The position numbers were made by a program, and so were the translations under genes. DNA of 37,552 bases, taken from a virus (Duplodnaviria; Caudoviricetes). The notes beneath the pieces were generated by a model. That model was not told the origin of the DNA and did no database searches. It saw nothing but the letters and a program-made list of their open reading frames with translations. Each line of letters starts with the position of its first letter. Position 1 is the first letter of the stretch. Below are positions 25,428-35,863 of the stretch, in pieces. Location of the stretch: the IMG/VR virus record IMGVR_UViG_3300043394_000489, positions 1 through 37,552 of that record, one strand, 5' to 3'.

Positions 25428-26134
25428 GCGATAACAACGGCACACAGGCCACAAATACAGCAGATGCAAATGAGTTACAGACTTTGCAAGAAAAGAATGA
25501 TAGGCTATATGGTCAGTTTGTAGATTTAAAAAAACAGCTAGAAAGCTATACTAAATTAGGCGCAGTAGATGACCTCAAAGGCAGACTCGAAGATTACGAA
25601 GGACTCAGGAAAAACACAGCAAAAACGCCGGAAGAAATTGATCGGCTTATTTCAGATAAAGAAAAAGAGTTTGAGCGCAGGTTTGGCGGTAAGTTTGAGC
25701 AACTCGAAACTGAAAACTCTAAACTAAAATCATCAATTCAAAAATATGAAGTTGTAATGCCTACAATGCAGAAGGCAGCAGCTATATTTAGAGACACAGA
25801 ACTAGAATTAGTAAACATGCTGGTAGAGCGCGATCTTGGACTTCAAGACGGGAAAATTATAGTTAAAGGCGCGGACGGAAAGCCGTTAGTAAGTGCAAAA
25901 GATCCGCGCCAAAATATGACAGTTGATGAATATTTAGAGAACTTATCAGCTAAGTATCCCGGGATAGCAAAGCCTCGAACAGTAGGCACAGGCAAGGATA
26001 CAGCGACAACATCGAATGGGGCGGTTGCATATATTGGTAATCTACCGACACCAGCAGAATTATTACAGATGACACCAGAGCAAATAAAAGCCAAAGGTTT
26101 CACTGCAGATCAACTTAAACAAATTATGGGGTAA
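25424..26134 (+). CDS. Capsid scaffolding protein
   Basis: Coiled coil, upstream of the capsid gene. Confidence 0.7.
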   Translation: MSDNNGTQATNTADANELQTLQEKNDRLYGQFVDLKKQLESYTKLGAVDDLKGRLEDYEGLRKNTAKTPEEIDRLISDKEKEFERRFGGKFEQLETENSKLKSSIQKYEVVMPTMQKAAAIFRDTELELVNMLVERDLGLQDGKIIVKGADGKPLVSAKDPRQNMTVDEYLENLSAKYPGIAKPRTVGTGKDTATTSNGAVAYIGNLPTPAELLQMTPEQIKAKGFTADQLKQIMG

Positions 26135-26142
26135 TAAATTTT

Positions 26143-26373
26143 ATGGCAACAAATATTAATGATGTTCCGCTATTTTTTAGTGGAGTTTCTTTAGCAAACT
26201 TTCAGCCTGCAAGCTACACAGCGGCGCAAGCAGTTAGCTTTGCAGGCTGGTCAACTAGCTCAGTTAATGCATTAAGGTCTTTAAATGCAGGGGAGACTAG
26301 CGCGGCAGTAATTGCCAGAGCGGTAGTCACTTTGATAAATGATTTAATGAATCCAAATAGACCAACAACTTAA
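26143..26373 (+). CDS. Small Ala-rich protein, possible capsid decoration
   Basis: Fills the gap between scaffold and capsid genes. Confidence 0.5.
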   Translation: MATNINDVPLFFSGVSLANFQPASYTAAQAVSFAGWSTSSVNALRSLNAGETSAAVIARAVVTLINDLMNPNRPTT

Positions 26374-26403
26374 AAAATTTCTAACATATAGGAGAAAAAA
26401 TTT

Positions 26404-27291
26404 ATGGCAGTAGCATACGTCACAGAGAAAAGTAATGTAAACACTTTAAGCTATGTGTTTTCGGCAATGACAGCACCTTCTTTTCAGAAGCGTGTTGTGA
26501 TGATGAATCACATGCACACAGAAAACGTGCCTGATAATACTAACGTAAAAAGATTTAGAAAATCTGGTTACTTAGTAGCAAGCGCACAAACAGAGGCAAC
26601 AGCAAAGGCATTAGCAGCAGATGGGGAGTTAACCGATACTTACGTTGATGGCACAGCAGCGTCTATAAGTGTTGTATCTGCTCAATCGGATCATTTAAAA
26701 AGATTCGGCGGAGAAGATGGCAGCTTGTCAAGATTTGCAACAGAACAGGGCGCAGCAATCGCAAGGTTTGTTGACGATGATGCATTGAGTTTAGCAGCGA
26801 ATTTTTCGCAAACTAAAACATGCTCAACAACTGCAACTTTTACCGATCTAATAACAGCTCAAACTACTATTTTTAATAGTAATTGTCCTGATTTAGACAT
26901 ACCGTTATCTTTTATTGGTGCTCCCAAGTCATTCGGTGATTTAGGTATTGCTGCACAATCAGCAGGCGCAGCAGCTTACGGTAATGATGTGTTGCTTGGT
27001 ATTTTTAAAGATACAGGCGGGAAGCCGCAAGCAAATGGATATCGTGGCGAGATCGTGCCTGGAATTGGTGGTTATATGACTACTGGCTTCGGTACTTCAG
27101 GCGGAGATAATCAGCAATTGTTGGTTCATCCAAAATGGGGAATTGCTGGAATTTTTGACGCTATAATAATTGTAAAAACAGCGGATAAGATTACAGAAGG
27201 TTTCTATAACGAAATAGGATCTTTATATTTCTATGATGTTTTTGAATACCATGACGCAGCTTGCGTGCAGTTCAATTCAGACGCTTCATAA
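26404..27291 (+). CDS. Major capsid protein
   Basis: 295 aa, AGGAG RBS, HK97-like backbone helix (EQGAAIARFVDDDAL), followed by a terminator. Confidence 0.8.
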   Translation: MAVAYVTEKSNVNTLSYVFSAMTAPSFQKRVVMMNHMHTENVPDNTNVKRFRKSGYLVASAQTEATAKALAADGELTDTYVDGTAASISVVSAQSDHLKRFGGEDGSLSRFATEQGAAIARFVDDDALSLAANFSQTKTCSTTATFTDLITAQTTIFNSNCPDLDIPLSFIGAPKSFGDLGIAAQSAGAAAYGNDVLLGIFKDTGGKPQANGYRGEIVPGIGGYMTTGFGTSGGDNQQLLVHPKWGIAGIFDAIIIVKTADKITEGFYNEIGSLYFYDVFEYHDAACVQFNSDAS

Positions 27292-27315
27292 TTTAGAAAA
27301 GAAAAATAATTTGAG

Positions 27316-27341
27316 AAAGGGAGCATTTTGCTCCCTTTTTT
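27316..27341 (+). terminator. Rho-independent terminator after the capsid gene
   Basis: AAAGGGAGC-ATTTT-GCTCCCTTTTTT. Confidence 0.88.
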
Positions 27342-27367
27342 ATTTAAACTTTTTAAAAAAATAAAAC

Positions 27368-27853
27368 ATGTCATTTGATCAGATTAAAGAAGAACATTTA
27401 GAATTAGCTAAAAAGATAGGATGGAGAAAGCCTAATTTTCCGTTTATTTCTTTCAAGTGTAAAAAAGTAGAGATACTAGGCAAAGAAGATAAAAGGATAG
27501 AGGCTATTGAGATTGAAACAGGGCTAAGACCTTACGACACTATAGTAAATTTTAATGTAGGCGGTGTTCATCGGCAAATTGATAAAATAGAAAAAATAAT
27601 AAGAAAAAAAAGATACGAGGTTGTTGCGTGGGGTAACTTTCCAGCGGCAGGATCGGTTAAAGCAAATATGACTAAGGGTCATCCAGAAGAAAAAGACGAC
27701 TGGTCAAAATTAGACGAATATTTAAAAGCGTTTACACACAAACAATTATCTGAAAACAAACAAATCGAAGCACTTAATAAAAAGGTTGCAGATTTAGCAG
27801 CAAAATTAAGCGAGAAAGACGCAAAAAAAGAGGCTAAAAATGCCGCTTCATAA
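27368..27853 (+). CDS. Hypothetical protein (head-tail region)
   Basis: 161 aa, C-terminal coiled coil. Confidence 0.7.
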   Translation: MSFDQIKEEHLELAKKIGWRKPNFPFISFKCKKVEILGKEDKRIEAIEIETGLRPYDTIVNFNVGGVHRQIDKIEKIIRKKRYEVVAWGNFPAAGSVKANMTKGHPEEKDDWSKLDEYLKAFTHKQLSENKQIEALNKKVADLAAKLSEKDAKKEAKNAAS

Positions 27854-28097
27854 GGGTGATTTGCCTAAAGAAATTAGGGAGCAAGTAGAAAAAAAACTAC
27901 ATGATAGGCTTGAGTCAAACGCCGAGTATCAAAGACGTAACATGATGACGCGGCAAGAAAGAGGCAAAGACGCGGTAGATAGATTAACTAAAGTTACTAT
28001 TGAGAGCGCAAGACGTGAAGGCAGAGAAATTACTGAATCTGAGGCTAGAAAACATGCAGAGTATCATCAAAATAATTATGATAGAGGCAAAAGATAA
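27840..28097 (+). CDS. Hypothetical charged protein
   Basis: GAGG RBS; overlaps the previous gene. Confidence 0.65.
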   Translation: MPLHKGDLPKEIREQVEKKLHDRLESNAEYQRRNMMTRQERGKDAVDRLTKVTIESARREGREITESEARKHAEYHQNNYDRGKR

Positions 28098-28100
28098 AAT

Positions 28101-28832
28101 ATGGATGGAGTCTACGGAAAAGCAATAACCAGATATTTAACAGCCGATGACGGCAGAGAATATTTAACGCTACCTACTCAGACACCTTCTATTTATTTAT
28201 TTCCTTATGGAACAGTTCCAAACAGAACAGACGCGGCCGCAGGTACAGGAGCTTTGCAAACGGTTTCTAGCTGGACACAAGATCCTAATAGTAAACAGCT
28301 AACATATACATATACAGCAGTCAGCGATCCTTATCCTACAGAGCAAGTAGCAATAAGAGATTATTGGGAAGCGGTCAATTATGTATTAACCGCCTCTGGT
28401 CAAGTTCAAACTAAGATTAGACAATTAACAATAGGCAGAGCAGAGGCTTTACCGTCAATCCCAAATGTTACGGCTGATGATGTATCGCAAGTTTGGCCGA
28501 ACGTAACAAGCTATATAACAAGCAATCAGTTAGCAGATTTTATACCGCTTGCAGAATCAGAAATGAGAAGAACTATAGGATCTGATAAGTGGCCGCGCCT
28601 TTCAAAATTACAAGATGCAAAAATAGTATTAGCATATAAAGCAATCGAGATGATGGCCGCTTCACAAGTTGTAAAAGGCAATGCAGATAAATTTATCTGG
28701 ATGGTAGATTATTTCGGTGGAAAATATAACTCAGCAATTTCACAATTAAATTTCCCGATAGATAACGACGGCGACGGAGCAACAGACGCAATAGTAACAA
28801 CTAATGAAGCAGTAATAATTTCAGGCAGATGA
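28101..28832 (+). CDS. Head-tail adaptor-like protein with extra N-terminal beta domain
   Basis: C-half VTADDV...FIPLAESEM...DNDGDG is connector-like; position. Confidence 0.55.
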   Translation: MDGVYGKAITRYLTADDGREYLTLPTQTPSIYLFPYGTVPNRTDAAAGTGALQTVSSWTQDPNSKQLTYTYTAVSDPYPTEQVAIRDYWEAVNYVLTASGQVQTKIRQLTIGRAEALPSIPNVTADDVSQVWPNVTSYITSNQLADFIPLAESEMRRTIGSDKWPRLSKLQDAKIVLAYKAIEMMAASQVVKGNADKFIWMVDYFGGKYNSAISQLNFPIDNDGDGATDAIVTTNEAVIISGR

Positions 28833-29305
28833 CAACATCGGCAGAAATAAGAACAGTTTGGGATACATACGTTTTTAACAACTCTGATATTTTAGCAATA
28901 ACAGATAAAAGTTATCCGTATGAGTTAACGCAAGAGAGTGAGAAGGAAGTATCAAGCGCATACACAGAAGCGGATATTAACTTTTTTGAATATGTAGTTT
29001 CACTAGAAGAAACTATAGAAAATCAAATAGGCGGCAACTCAAACAACAGGGAACAAAGATTCTTAGTTGAAGTTAGATATACCAAATACGCAGGAACGGA
29101 CGGCGCAGCGTTTAACGATGTAATAGATACGCTTGAAGCCCTTATAGATGTTGTAAGAGAGGACTTAGGGAGCACATGGCAAAACACAGTTGATTTTGTT
29201 GATAGTCCTATAGGTGGAGAGCCGCCACAACTACAAAAATTTAATGAGACAGATTGCTATAGAGCAGTTGTCAGATTTTCAGCAATTAAACAAGTTTTAG
29301 CTTAG
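28829..29305 (+). CDS. Tail terminator-like protein
   Basis: Acidic 158 aa immediately before the tail tube gene. Confidence 0.55.
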   Translation: MTTSAEIRTVWDTYVFNNSDILAITDKSYPYELTQESEKEVSSAYTEADINFFEYVVSLEETIENQIGGNSNNREQRFLVEVRYTKYAGTDGAAFNDVIDTLEALIDVVREDLGSTWQNTVDFVDSPIGGEPPQLQKFNETDCYRAVVRFSAIKQVLA

Positions 29306-29316
29306 GAGATTTTTAT

Positions 29317-30363
29317 ATGCCATCACGCACAGGATCGAACACACATTTAGGTATCACACTATCTAGCACATTTGACACAGTCAATGCCGCAGGGTCAGGA
29401 CACAAGGTGCAAGTTGATAATATTAACCATGCAAAGGGCTTAACTGAATTAACAGAGAGTCCTATAGGTTCAGGGTTATCAATGCAGCAAGACACTGACA
29501 CAGGGGATTATAATCCTACAATGCAAATTACTAAGACTGTAAGAGATTTAGATCAGGGGAATGCCTTGTTTTCTCAGTTCTTCGGAAAAGCAACGGTTGC
29601 AGCTACTGGAACGGGTTACGTTCACTCTATTACACATAATGCATTTTCTATAACAAATTATGTAAATGCGGCTTTTACGCCAGATTCAGCGAACTGTATC
29701 GAGTATATTAACGGTGTGGTTACTGCATTAGGATTAACCTTTGATCCTAATGATTTTGTAAAAGCAACCTATGACATGCTTTTTACAGATCAAAGAATTA
29801 CAGGGACTACTAACACAGCAGCAAGTTTAGCAAGTGCAACAGAGGTTTCTACTAGAAAAAACTTTATTGCAAGACCTTCTCATTATGTAAGGCTTAATGC
29901 ACAAGCAGGGGGCGCATTAGCAAACGGAGATAAAATAAATGTCACTAATGTTGAAGTTTCTTTATCTAAAGAAATGGAGTTAGTGGGCGAGATTAGAGGA
30001 TCGACAGGGTATAGTGCTCCTAGATTTTCAGGATCTCCAATGTTCCAAGCCGATGTAAAAGTAACCTTTAAAACTTTAGAAGATTTAACTTATTACACAG
30101 CAGTTGCAGCAGGGACAGAATACAAAATGGATGTTGTTATTCAAGGTGATTTAATAAGTGGTTCAACTTATAGAGAACTAACATTACTCATACCAAGATG
30201 CAGAATAGTAACAGATCCAGACTTTAATGTTACTACCGCAGGGGAGAATCCTTTGACAGTAACATTTAGAAGCTTAGTTGCATCGTCAACACCATCGGGC
30301 ATGTTTGATACTTATCCTCATTTGAGGATTATCAACAGCCGATCAACCGCATATTGGCAATAA
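29317..30363 (+). CDS. Major tail tube protein
   Basis: 348 aa beta-rich with two similar halves; AGGAG RBS; precedes chaperone and tape measure; no sheath gene seen. Confidence 0.8.
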   Translation: MPSRTGSNTHLGITLSSTFDTVNAAGSGHKVQVDNINHAKGLTELTESPIGSGLSMQQDTDTGDYNPTMQITKTVRDLDQGNALFSQFFGKATVAATGTGYVHSITHNAFSITNYVNAAFTPDSANCIEYINGVVTALGLTFDPNDFVKATYDMLFTDQRITGTTNTAASLASATEVSTRKNFIARPSHYVRLNAQAGGALANGDKINVTNVEVSLSKEMELVGEIRGSTGYSAPRFSGSPMFQADVKVTFKTLEDLTYYTAVAAGTEYKMDVVIQGDLISGSTYRELTLLIPRCRIVTDPDFNVTTAGENPLTVTFRSLVASSTPSGMFDTYPHLRIINSRSTAYWQ

Positions 30364-30373
30364 ATAAAAATAT

Positions 30374-30751
30374 ATGACTGAAGAAAAAATAGTAGAGGTA
30401 GAGATAAAAGCAAAGCCGTCAGTTTTAGCTAAAGTTAAAACACCTGATGGGGATGCCTTTATAAAATTCAAGAATTTAAAACAAAATCAATTACAAAAAT
30501 TGCTAATAGATTTTGAAAAGAATTTCGGAGATGCTCTATCTCAAGTTTTAGCTTCGGTCATTTCAGTTGAGAATTTAAAAGAAAGCAGCGAGCTTGTAAC
30601 ACTAGAGCAAGTGCAGACAGGAGAGATTGAGCCAGAAACGGCACAAGCTATTTTTCAGGCATTTACTAAAGTGATGGAAGCTCGCAATAAGCCTTTAGAA
30701 GTTAGCGACGAAAAAAAAGAGCAAGCGGCCAGCGACTCAGCGGCCGCTTAA
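30374..30751 (+). CDS. Tail assembly chaperone (lambda gpG-like)
   Basis: Between tube and tape measure; slippery A-AAA-AAA near the 3' end. Confidence 0.8.
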   Translation: MTEEKIVEVEIKAKPSVLAKVKTPDGDAFIKFKNLKQNQLQKLLIDFEKNFGDALSQVLASVISVENLKESSELVTLEQVQTGEIEPETAQAIFQAFTKVMEARNKPLEVSDEKKEQAASDSAAA

Positions 30752-31056
30752 ACCAAATCTTAATAGAATATCCTAATCTTTCATGTTCACACTGTTGGTC
30801 TTTATATAAATCAGACGATCATTTACCAGAATGTTACAGACCAGAAGGATGTCCAGTTGAAGACCTTGCGACAGATCCAGAATTAACTATTAAGGTTGAT
30901 AAATTTCTAACGGCGAAAGCGTTATTTAACGCGACACAAGATCCAAGAACACAGCAAAAAGCGTTTGAGGAATTAGGGTTATATGATGACCCTAAAACAC
31001 ATTTAGAACTTGAAGGAATTTATTGTAAATGGCAGAAAATCCAATCACAGAAATAG
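30718..31056 (+). CDS. -1 frameshift extension of the tail chaperone (gpGT-like; not in ORF track)
   Basis: 112 sense codons with no ATG: RASGQRLSGRLNQILIEYPNLSCSHCW...LPECYRPEGCP...YCKWQKIQSQK. Confidence 0.8.
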   Translation, partial: RASGQRLSGRLNQILIEYPNLSCSHCWSLYKSDDHLPECYRPEGCPVEDLATDPELTIKVDKFLTAKALFNATQDPRTQQKAFEELGLYDDPKTHLELEGIYCKWQKIQSQK

Positions 31057-31475
31057 ATCAGCAAAAACAGGCATTAGATGCCTTAGCAGCTACTATTAAC
31101 CACATAGCAAACCAAAGAATCCAATCAATTGAAAAAACTAAGGAAATTACGCCTGAAGATTTTTTCGTTCAAAATAATAAAACAAGACTAAAGGATATAC
31201 CTATAGCTACATCAAATTGTTTCACACCAGATTTAATTGATTATTTAGACGTAATCGGTTCAGCAATCCACACTTTGCCAGATGGCGAAATTAAAGAGCA
31301 AATGTTTTGCCTTTTTCGCATGATAAATCAAGCCATTGTAGAGCGTGATTCAATTAACAGGGAGTGCGAGGAATGGCGAAATAGAGCAGATACAGTATTA
31401 CTTGAATTGCTTAAGCAAACTTGGGTTAAGCAAACTAAGAAAGAAACAGGCGGCGCGTTCGGGAGATTGTTTTAA
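31029..31475 (+). CDS. Hypothetical helical protein between chaperone and tape measure
   Basis: AAGGA RBS; stop abuts ATG 31476. Confidence 0.65.
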   Translation: MAENPITEIDQQKQALDALAATINHIANQRIQSIEKTKEITPEDFFVQNNKTRLKDIPIATSNCFTPDLIDYLDVIGSAIHTLPDGEIKEQMFCLFRMINQAIVERDSINRECEEWRNRADTVLLELLKQTWVKQTKKETGGAFGRLF

Positions 31476-34400
31476 ATGGCGTTTAGTACCACAGGCGACC
31501 AAATACAAATTTTAGTTGAAGTAGATAACTCTCAAGGCGTTAAAAAATTAAACGACACTGAAAAAGCGATCAATCAAGTAGGAAAAGAAACCAAAGAACT
31601 AGAAAAAGGGTTAAGCGGTTTACAAAAAGGATTGTTAGCCGTAGGCGCAGCCGCTGCAACAGCCTTTACGCTAGATAAATTATTTGATGCGATTCGGCAG
31701 GGTTCGCAAGTTGATGACCTAACAAATTCATTTGAGAGGTTAGCAAGTCAGGCAGGGACAAGCGCAGAAGCATTAAGACGTGATTTAAGTCAGGCAGTAG
31801 GCGGCACTATTTCCAATATGGAAATAATGAGGCGTTCTAACGAATTGATGATAGCAGGGTTAAACCCTTCTACATTTGACGAAATGGCACAAGCAGCTAG
31901 GTCTTTAGCCGATGCAACTGGCAGAGAGCTTGCGCCGACACTAGATCAAGTTTCAGATGCATTGATTAGGGGTAACGATAGAGGCTTAAAGGCGTTAGGC
32001 GTACAAGTAGATTTGAAACAAGCACAGGAAGATTTCGCAAGAAGCATAGGCACGACAGCAGATAAATTAAACGAAGCTGGTCAAATAGAATCAGCAAGAA
32101 TTGCAATGCTAGAAGCGTTAAAGCAAAAAACTCAAGAGCTTGGGGTTGTTACAAACGACAGTGCAGACAATTTGGATGTAATGTCTGTTACTATGCAGAA
32201 TGTAGGGGCTGAAGTTTCAAAGGCAATAGCCACAAATCCAGAATTAAATAGGTTATTGGCAGAACTCGCAGCGATATTACAACAAATAGATTTTAGCGGC
32301 GTGATTTCTGGCTTATCTCAATTCACTAGCGGTATTTTAACAGCAGGGGAGAAAACGGCAGATTTTGTTAATTGGTTAACTGAGCCTGAAGGGTTGATAG
32401 ACGGTTTAAATGTTTTAAAATATAGACTTCAAGGGTTGCCGCAAGATGTTGCAGAGTATGCAGCAGCGCAAGAAAGATTTTTAAGATCAACACAAGAAAG
32501 CAAAAAAGCAACAGAGGAACTATCAAACGAGGTAACAGACTTAGGGAAAATAGGAATAAATAAAGCTACTCAAGAGTTTAGCAAATATATAAAACCAGCA
32601 ACTCAATCGGCAGAAGCAACTAAGAAACTAGCCGATGAAATAAAGAAACTTAATTCAATCGCAGGGATTAAAAAAGTTGCTGATGACATCGGGGCGATTT
32701 ATACAAATGCTAAGAAGCTAGGTATCCCGATTGATCAAGCAACAAAAGAAGTAACAGAACTAATAGCCGAATTTAAAAAGCTAGGCGGCACTGGAGTAAG
32801 TGCAATCCAAGCAATAGACGCGGCACTATTGGAGAACCAAAGGCAGCTTGAAGAAAACGCGGCAAAGATGGCCGAGTTAGACCAGGAATTAGCAGGAAGT
32901 AACGATTTTTTTGGGTTAACCTCAAAGATGTCAGATGAGGCTACAAAAGCAGCTAAGGCGGTCGCAGACGCTATGGCGAGAAGTTTAGCAGCTGCATTAA
33001 CAGGTGGAAGCGCAAGAGAAGAAGTAGATGCTTCTATTCAACAGCTAGGAGGCGATTTAGGCGAGCAACTAGGCGGAGAAATAGGCGGATCTTTAGGTCG
33101 TGTTTTAGGTGAGTTTCTGGGTGATAAACTAGGCGATGTAATATCTAGTTTTGGAGAAGATTCAGCAGGAACAAAAGCTAGAAAAGCACTCGATAAATTT
33201 TTTGCTGATGCATTTAAGGATTTACAATTTTCTGGCAACCAAGATCCAACACAGGGGCTATTCGCAGGGTTGACAGAACAGGCGAAGGCGCAGTTTAACA
33301 CGTTAGGTGATACCATTGCTCAAACTTTAGGAGTAGGCACAGATTCAGGAGTTAATTTAGGTGTCGTGTTAGCAAATAACAACGTAACACTGGCTGAGAT
33401 GGGCACTATACTAGATGAACTAGGTTTAAGTTTTGAGCAGTTATCGGCCACGATGTATCAAGCGTTTTATGAAGGCGAATTATCGGCGTTAGATTTGCAA
33501 AATAAACTAGAAGAAATTTACGGAATAGTTTCATACACAGACGCATTTGAAAACTTAGGGGATGCTGTAAGAGAGGCATTAAATGCAGATGGTAGAGCAC
33601 TGCTAGGATCTTTAAGGGCTATAGGAGCAGAGGCGCAGCAATTAGGTATAAGTACATTGCCTCAATTAGCTAATGTTTTAGTCTCTAAATTTGGGTTAGC
33701 AGCGGATCAAGTAAATGCAATTATAGCATCAATGAGCGCGGCAGGGGTTAGCGCGGTTCAGGATTTAGTCAATGCTTCCAACAATACATTAATAGCTATT
33801 AGTGCGAACATTCAGCAAGTCAAAAACGGCGAGACTCCAAATAATACACCTGTAAATGTTCCAAAGTCATCATCATCAAGTGGTGGGTCGAGAGCCTCAA
33901 GCGGTGGGTCATCTACTAGAACAAAAAGAGATCCAGCAGAAGATGCAAGGCGAGAAATAGAAAGACTTTACCAGCTAGTAGACAGATCGGACGCAGCTAA
34001 AGAATTACAGAAAAAAATAGCAGATGGCTTAATAAACGATCAGCAATATGCAGAGGGAATTAATACCCTAATGAAGCAAGCAGGGGATTTGCAGAAAAAA
34101 GTAAACAAAGAGCAAAAAGAATTTTTAGAAGCACAAAGAAAAAACAGCAAAGATAAAGTTAAAGAACTAAAAGAGTTTGAGAAAGCAAAAGAGGATTTAG
34201 AAAAGTTATTAAATAGAGGATCGTCTAGCAGCAATGGTAATGATTTATTTTCTATAAATTCACCTTTACTAAGTTTTATTAAAGAGTTTAGAGGGCAAAC
34301 AGAACTTTTAAACATTGCAGCACAATCAGCAGGGGTTAGTTTTCAGCAAATACAAGCTAATGCAGAACGTGCCTTTTTAGCTGGCAAACAAACATTTGCA

Positions 34401-35033
34401 GAAGCAAAAAATGCAATCGATGAATTAACAGGCGGTAAGGATGCTAAAAAGCAGCTCGATAAATTTAGAGATTTAGGAACTAAAGGTGGCGCGTTATCAG
34501 TAGAAGCATTTAGAAATATAGGTAAATCAATACAAAATATTGGCGGTACTAGCATTGATAACCTAAGCGAGTATCTACTAGGGCAAGGAGCAAATAGGGA
34601 GGAAGTACAAAAGTTTTTTATAGCTATGCAAAATAGCGGTATTAATTCATTAGATCAGATTGCAAATGCATCTACAGAAACAGTTATAACAATCGGCAAT
34701 CAGTTGCAAGATCTTAAATTTCCATTTAAAGAAACTCAGTCAGAAACTCAAAGCATACTTGATAAGTTAGACCAGATTAGAAATTCAGATGTAAAAGCAA
34801 AAATTAATTTATCGGTAGATATATCAGACGAAGATAGAGCTTTATTATTAGGCTATGGAATTATTAAGCCAGGAGACATAAAAGATGGCGAAGTCACAGC
34901 ATCAGTTCCATATAACGAAACAAGTTTAGGTTTAACAAAAGAATCAGTAAGGAAAAAATATAGAGAGTTATTAAAATCAGGAAAAACGCAGAAAGCAGCA
35001 AAATATAAGGCTAATAACGCGCAGTATTTTTAA
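31476..35033 (+). CDS. Tail tape measure protein
   Basis: 1185 aa, Ala/Leu/Gln-rich helical, longest gene, Gly-zipper segment. Confidence 0.9.
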   Translation: MAFSTTGDQIQILVEVDNSQGVKKLNDTEKAINQVGKETKELEKGLSGLQKGLLAVGAAAATAFTLDKLFDAIRQGSQVDDLTNSFERLASQAGTSAEALRRDLSQAVGGTISNMEIMRRSNELMIAGLNPSTFDEMAQAARSLADATGRELAPTLDQVSDALIRGNDRGLKALGVQVDLKQAQEDFARSIGTTADKLNEAGQIESARIAMLEALKQKTQELGVVTNDSADNLDVMSVTMQNVGAEVSKAIATNPELNRLLAELAAILQQIDFSGVISGLSQFTSGILTAGEKTADFVNWLTEPEGLIDGLNVLKYRLQGLPQDVAEYAAAQERFLRSTQESKKATEELSNEVTDLGKIGINKATQEFSKYIKPATQSAEATKKLADEIKKLNSIAGIKKVADDIGAIYTNAKKLGIPIDQATKEVTELIAEFKKLGGTGVSAIQAIDAALLENQRQLEENAAKMAELDQELAGSNDFFGLTSKMSDEATKAAKAVADAMARSLAAALTGGSAREEVDASIQQLGGDLGEQLGGEIGGSLGRVLGEFLGDKLGDVISSFGEDSAGTKARKALDKFFADAFKDLQFSGNQDPTQGLFAGLTEQAKAQFNTLGDTIAQTLGVGTDSGVNLGVVLANNNVTLAEMGTILDELGLSFEQLSATMYQAFYEGELSALDLQNKLEEIYGIVSYTDAFENLGDAVREALNADGRALLGSLRAIGAEAQQLGISTLPQLANVLVSKFGLAADQVNAIIASMSAAGVSAVQDLVNASNNTLIAISANIQQVKNGETPNNTPVNVPKSSSSSGGSRASSGGSSTRTKRDPAEDARREIERLYQLVDRSDAAKELQKKIADGLINDQQYAEGINTLMKQAGDLQKKVNKEQKEFLEAQRKNSKDKVKELKEFEKAKEDLEKLLNRGSSSSNGNDLFSINSPLLSFIKEFRGQTELLNIAAQSAGVSFQQIQANAERAFLAGKQTFAEAKNAIDELTGGKDAKKQLDKFRDLGTKGGALSVEAFRNIGKSIQNIGGTSIDNLSEYLLGQGANREEVQKFFIAMQNSGINSLDQIANASTETVITIGNQLQDLKFPFKETQSETQSILDKLDQIRNSDVKAKINLSVDISDEDRALLLGYGIIKPGDIKDGEVTASVPYNETSLGLTKESVRKKYRELLKSGKTQKAAKYKANNAQYF

Positions 35034-35863
35034 TGACTAATCTTTATTTGTCTTATCCATCAATACCGTTTGACGCAAAAGTAAGAGCGCAGTCAGTTAC
35101 TTTTTCAGAAGACAGGCCGATTGGTAATACTATTTACGGCGAGCGTTATCAGTATTCGTCATGTACAGCAGGGGCATCAGGTGCGATTGATATAGAATGG
35201 GATCTAGGGGTTGGATACAGCACAGCGGTAGATCATGTAATTGTACCAAATGCTTATAAATTAATTCAGCAAGGAACTGACACTATTGAACTTGATGCCG
35301 CAGATGATGGCATCGGTGGAGCATATTCAAATGTTTGGAGCGATTCTAGTTTTGATTCTGCCACTTTAAGGGGTGCGGATTCTTTAGATTATATAACCAC
35401 AGGATTAAGTTTAAGTGCTGCAAGAACTTGGAAAATAAAGTTATCAGGCGGATCGGCAACAACTAGAGAAATAAATAAAATCTATTTCGGTACAGCTTGG
35501 AATCCAAGCAAAGATCCTAATTTTAGTTATCAAGTAGTAATGCCTGAAGGGGGATCGGTAACTACTGAAGAAGGCGGTTATTACTGCGTTAGGTTAGGTG
35601 ATGGACGTTATCAAATACAATTAAGCTGGACAGGTGTATCAGACGCACAAACACAAATTTTTTATGAAAGAATTGTTAAATACTGGCAGCTTCATAAATT
35701 CTTTTTATTTACCACAGCAGAACACAGAATATTAAATAATTTAAAACTTATGCATGTACGTTGTTTATCAGAGCCGCAGATATCGAGGCGCACAGTATAC
35801 AGGGCTGGAAATTGGGAAGGGTACAACTCAATTGATGCAGAGTTTCAGGAGTGCAAGGGATGA
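35033..35863 (+). CDS. Distal tail (Dit-like) protein
   Basis: Directly after the tape measure gene (TAATG overlap); beta-rich. Confidence 0.6.
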   Translation: MTNLYLSYPSIPFDAKVRAQSVTFSEDRPIGNTIYGERYQYSSCTAGASGAIDIEWDLGVGYSTAVDHVIVPNAYKLIQQGTDTIELDAADDGIGGAYSNVWSDSSFDSATLRGADSLDYITTGLSLSAARTWKIKLSGGSATTREINKIYFGTAWNPSKDPNFSYQVVMPEGGSVTTEEGGYYCVRLGDGRYQIQLSWTGVSDAQTQIFYERIVKYWQLHKFFLFTTAEHRILNNLKLMHVRCLSEPQISRRTVYRAGNWEGYNSIDAEFQECKG

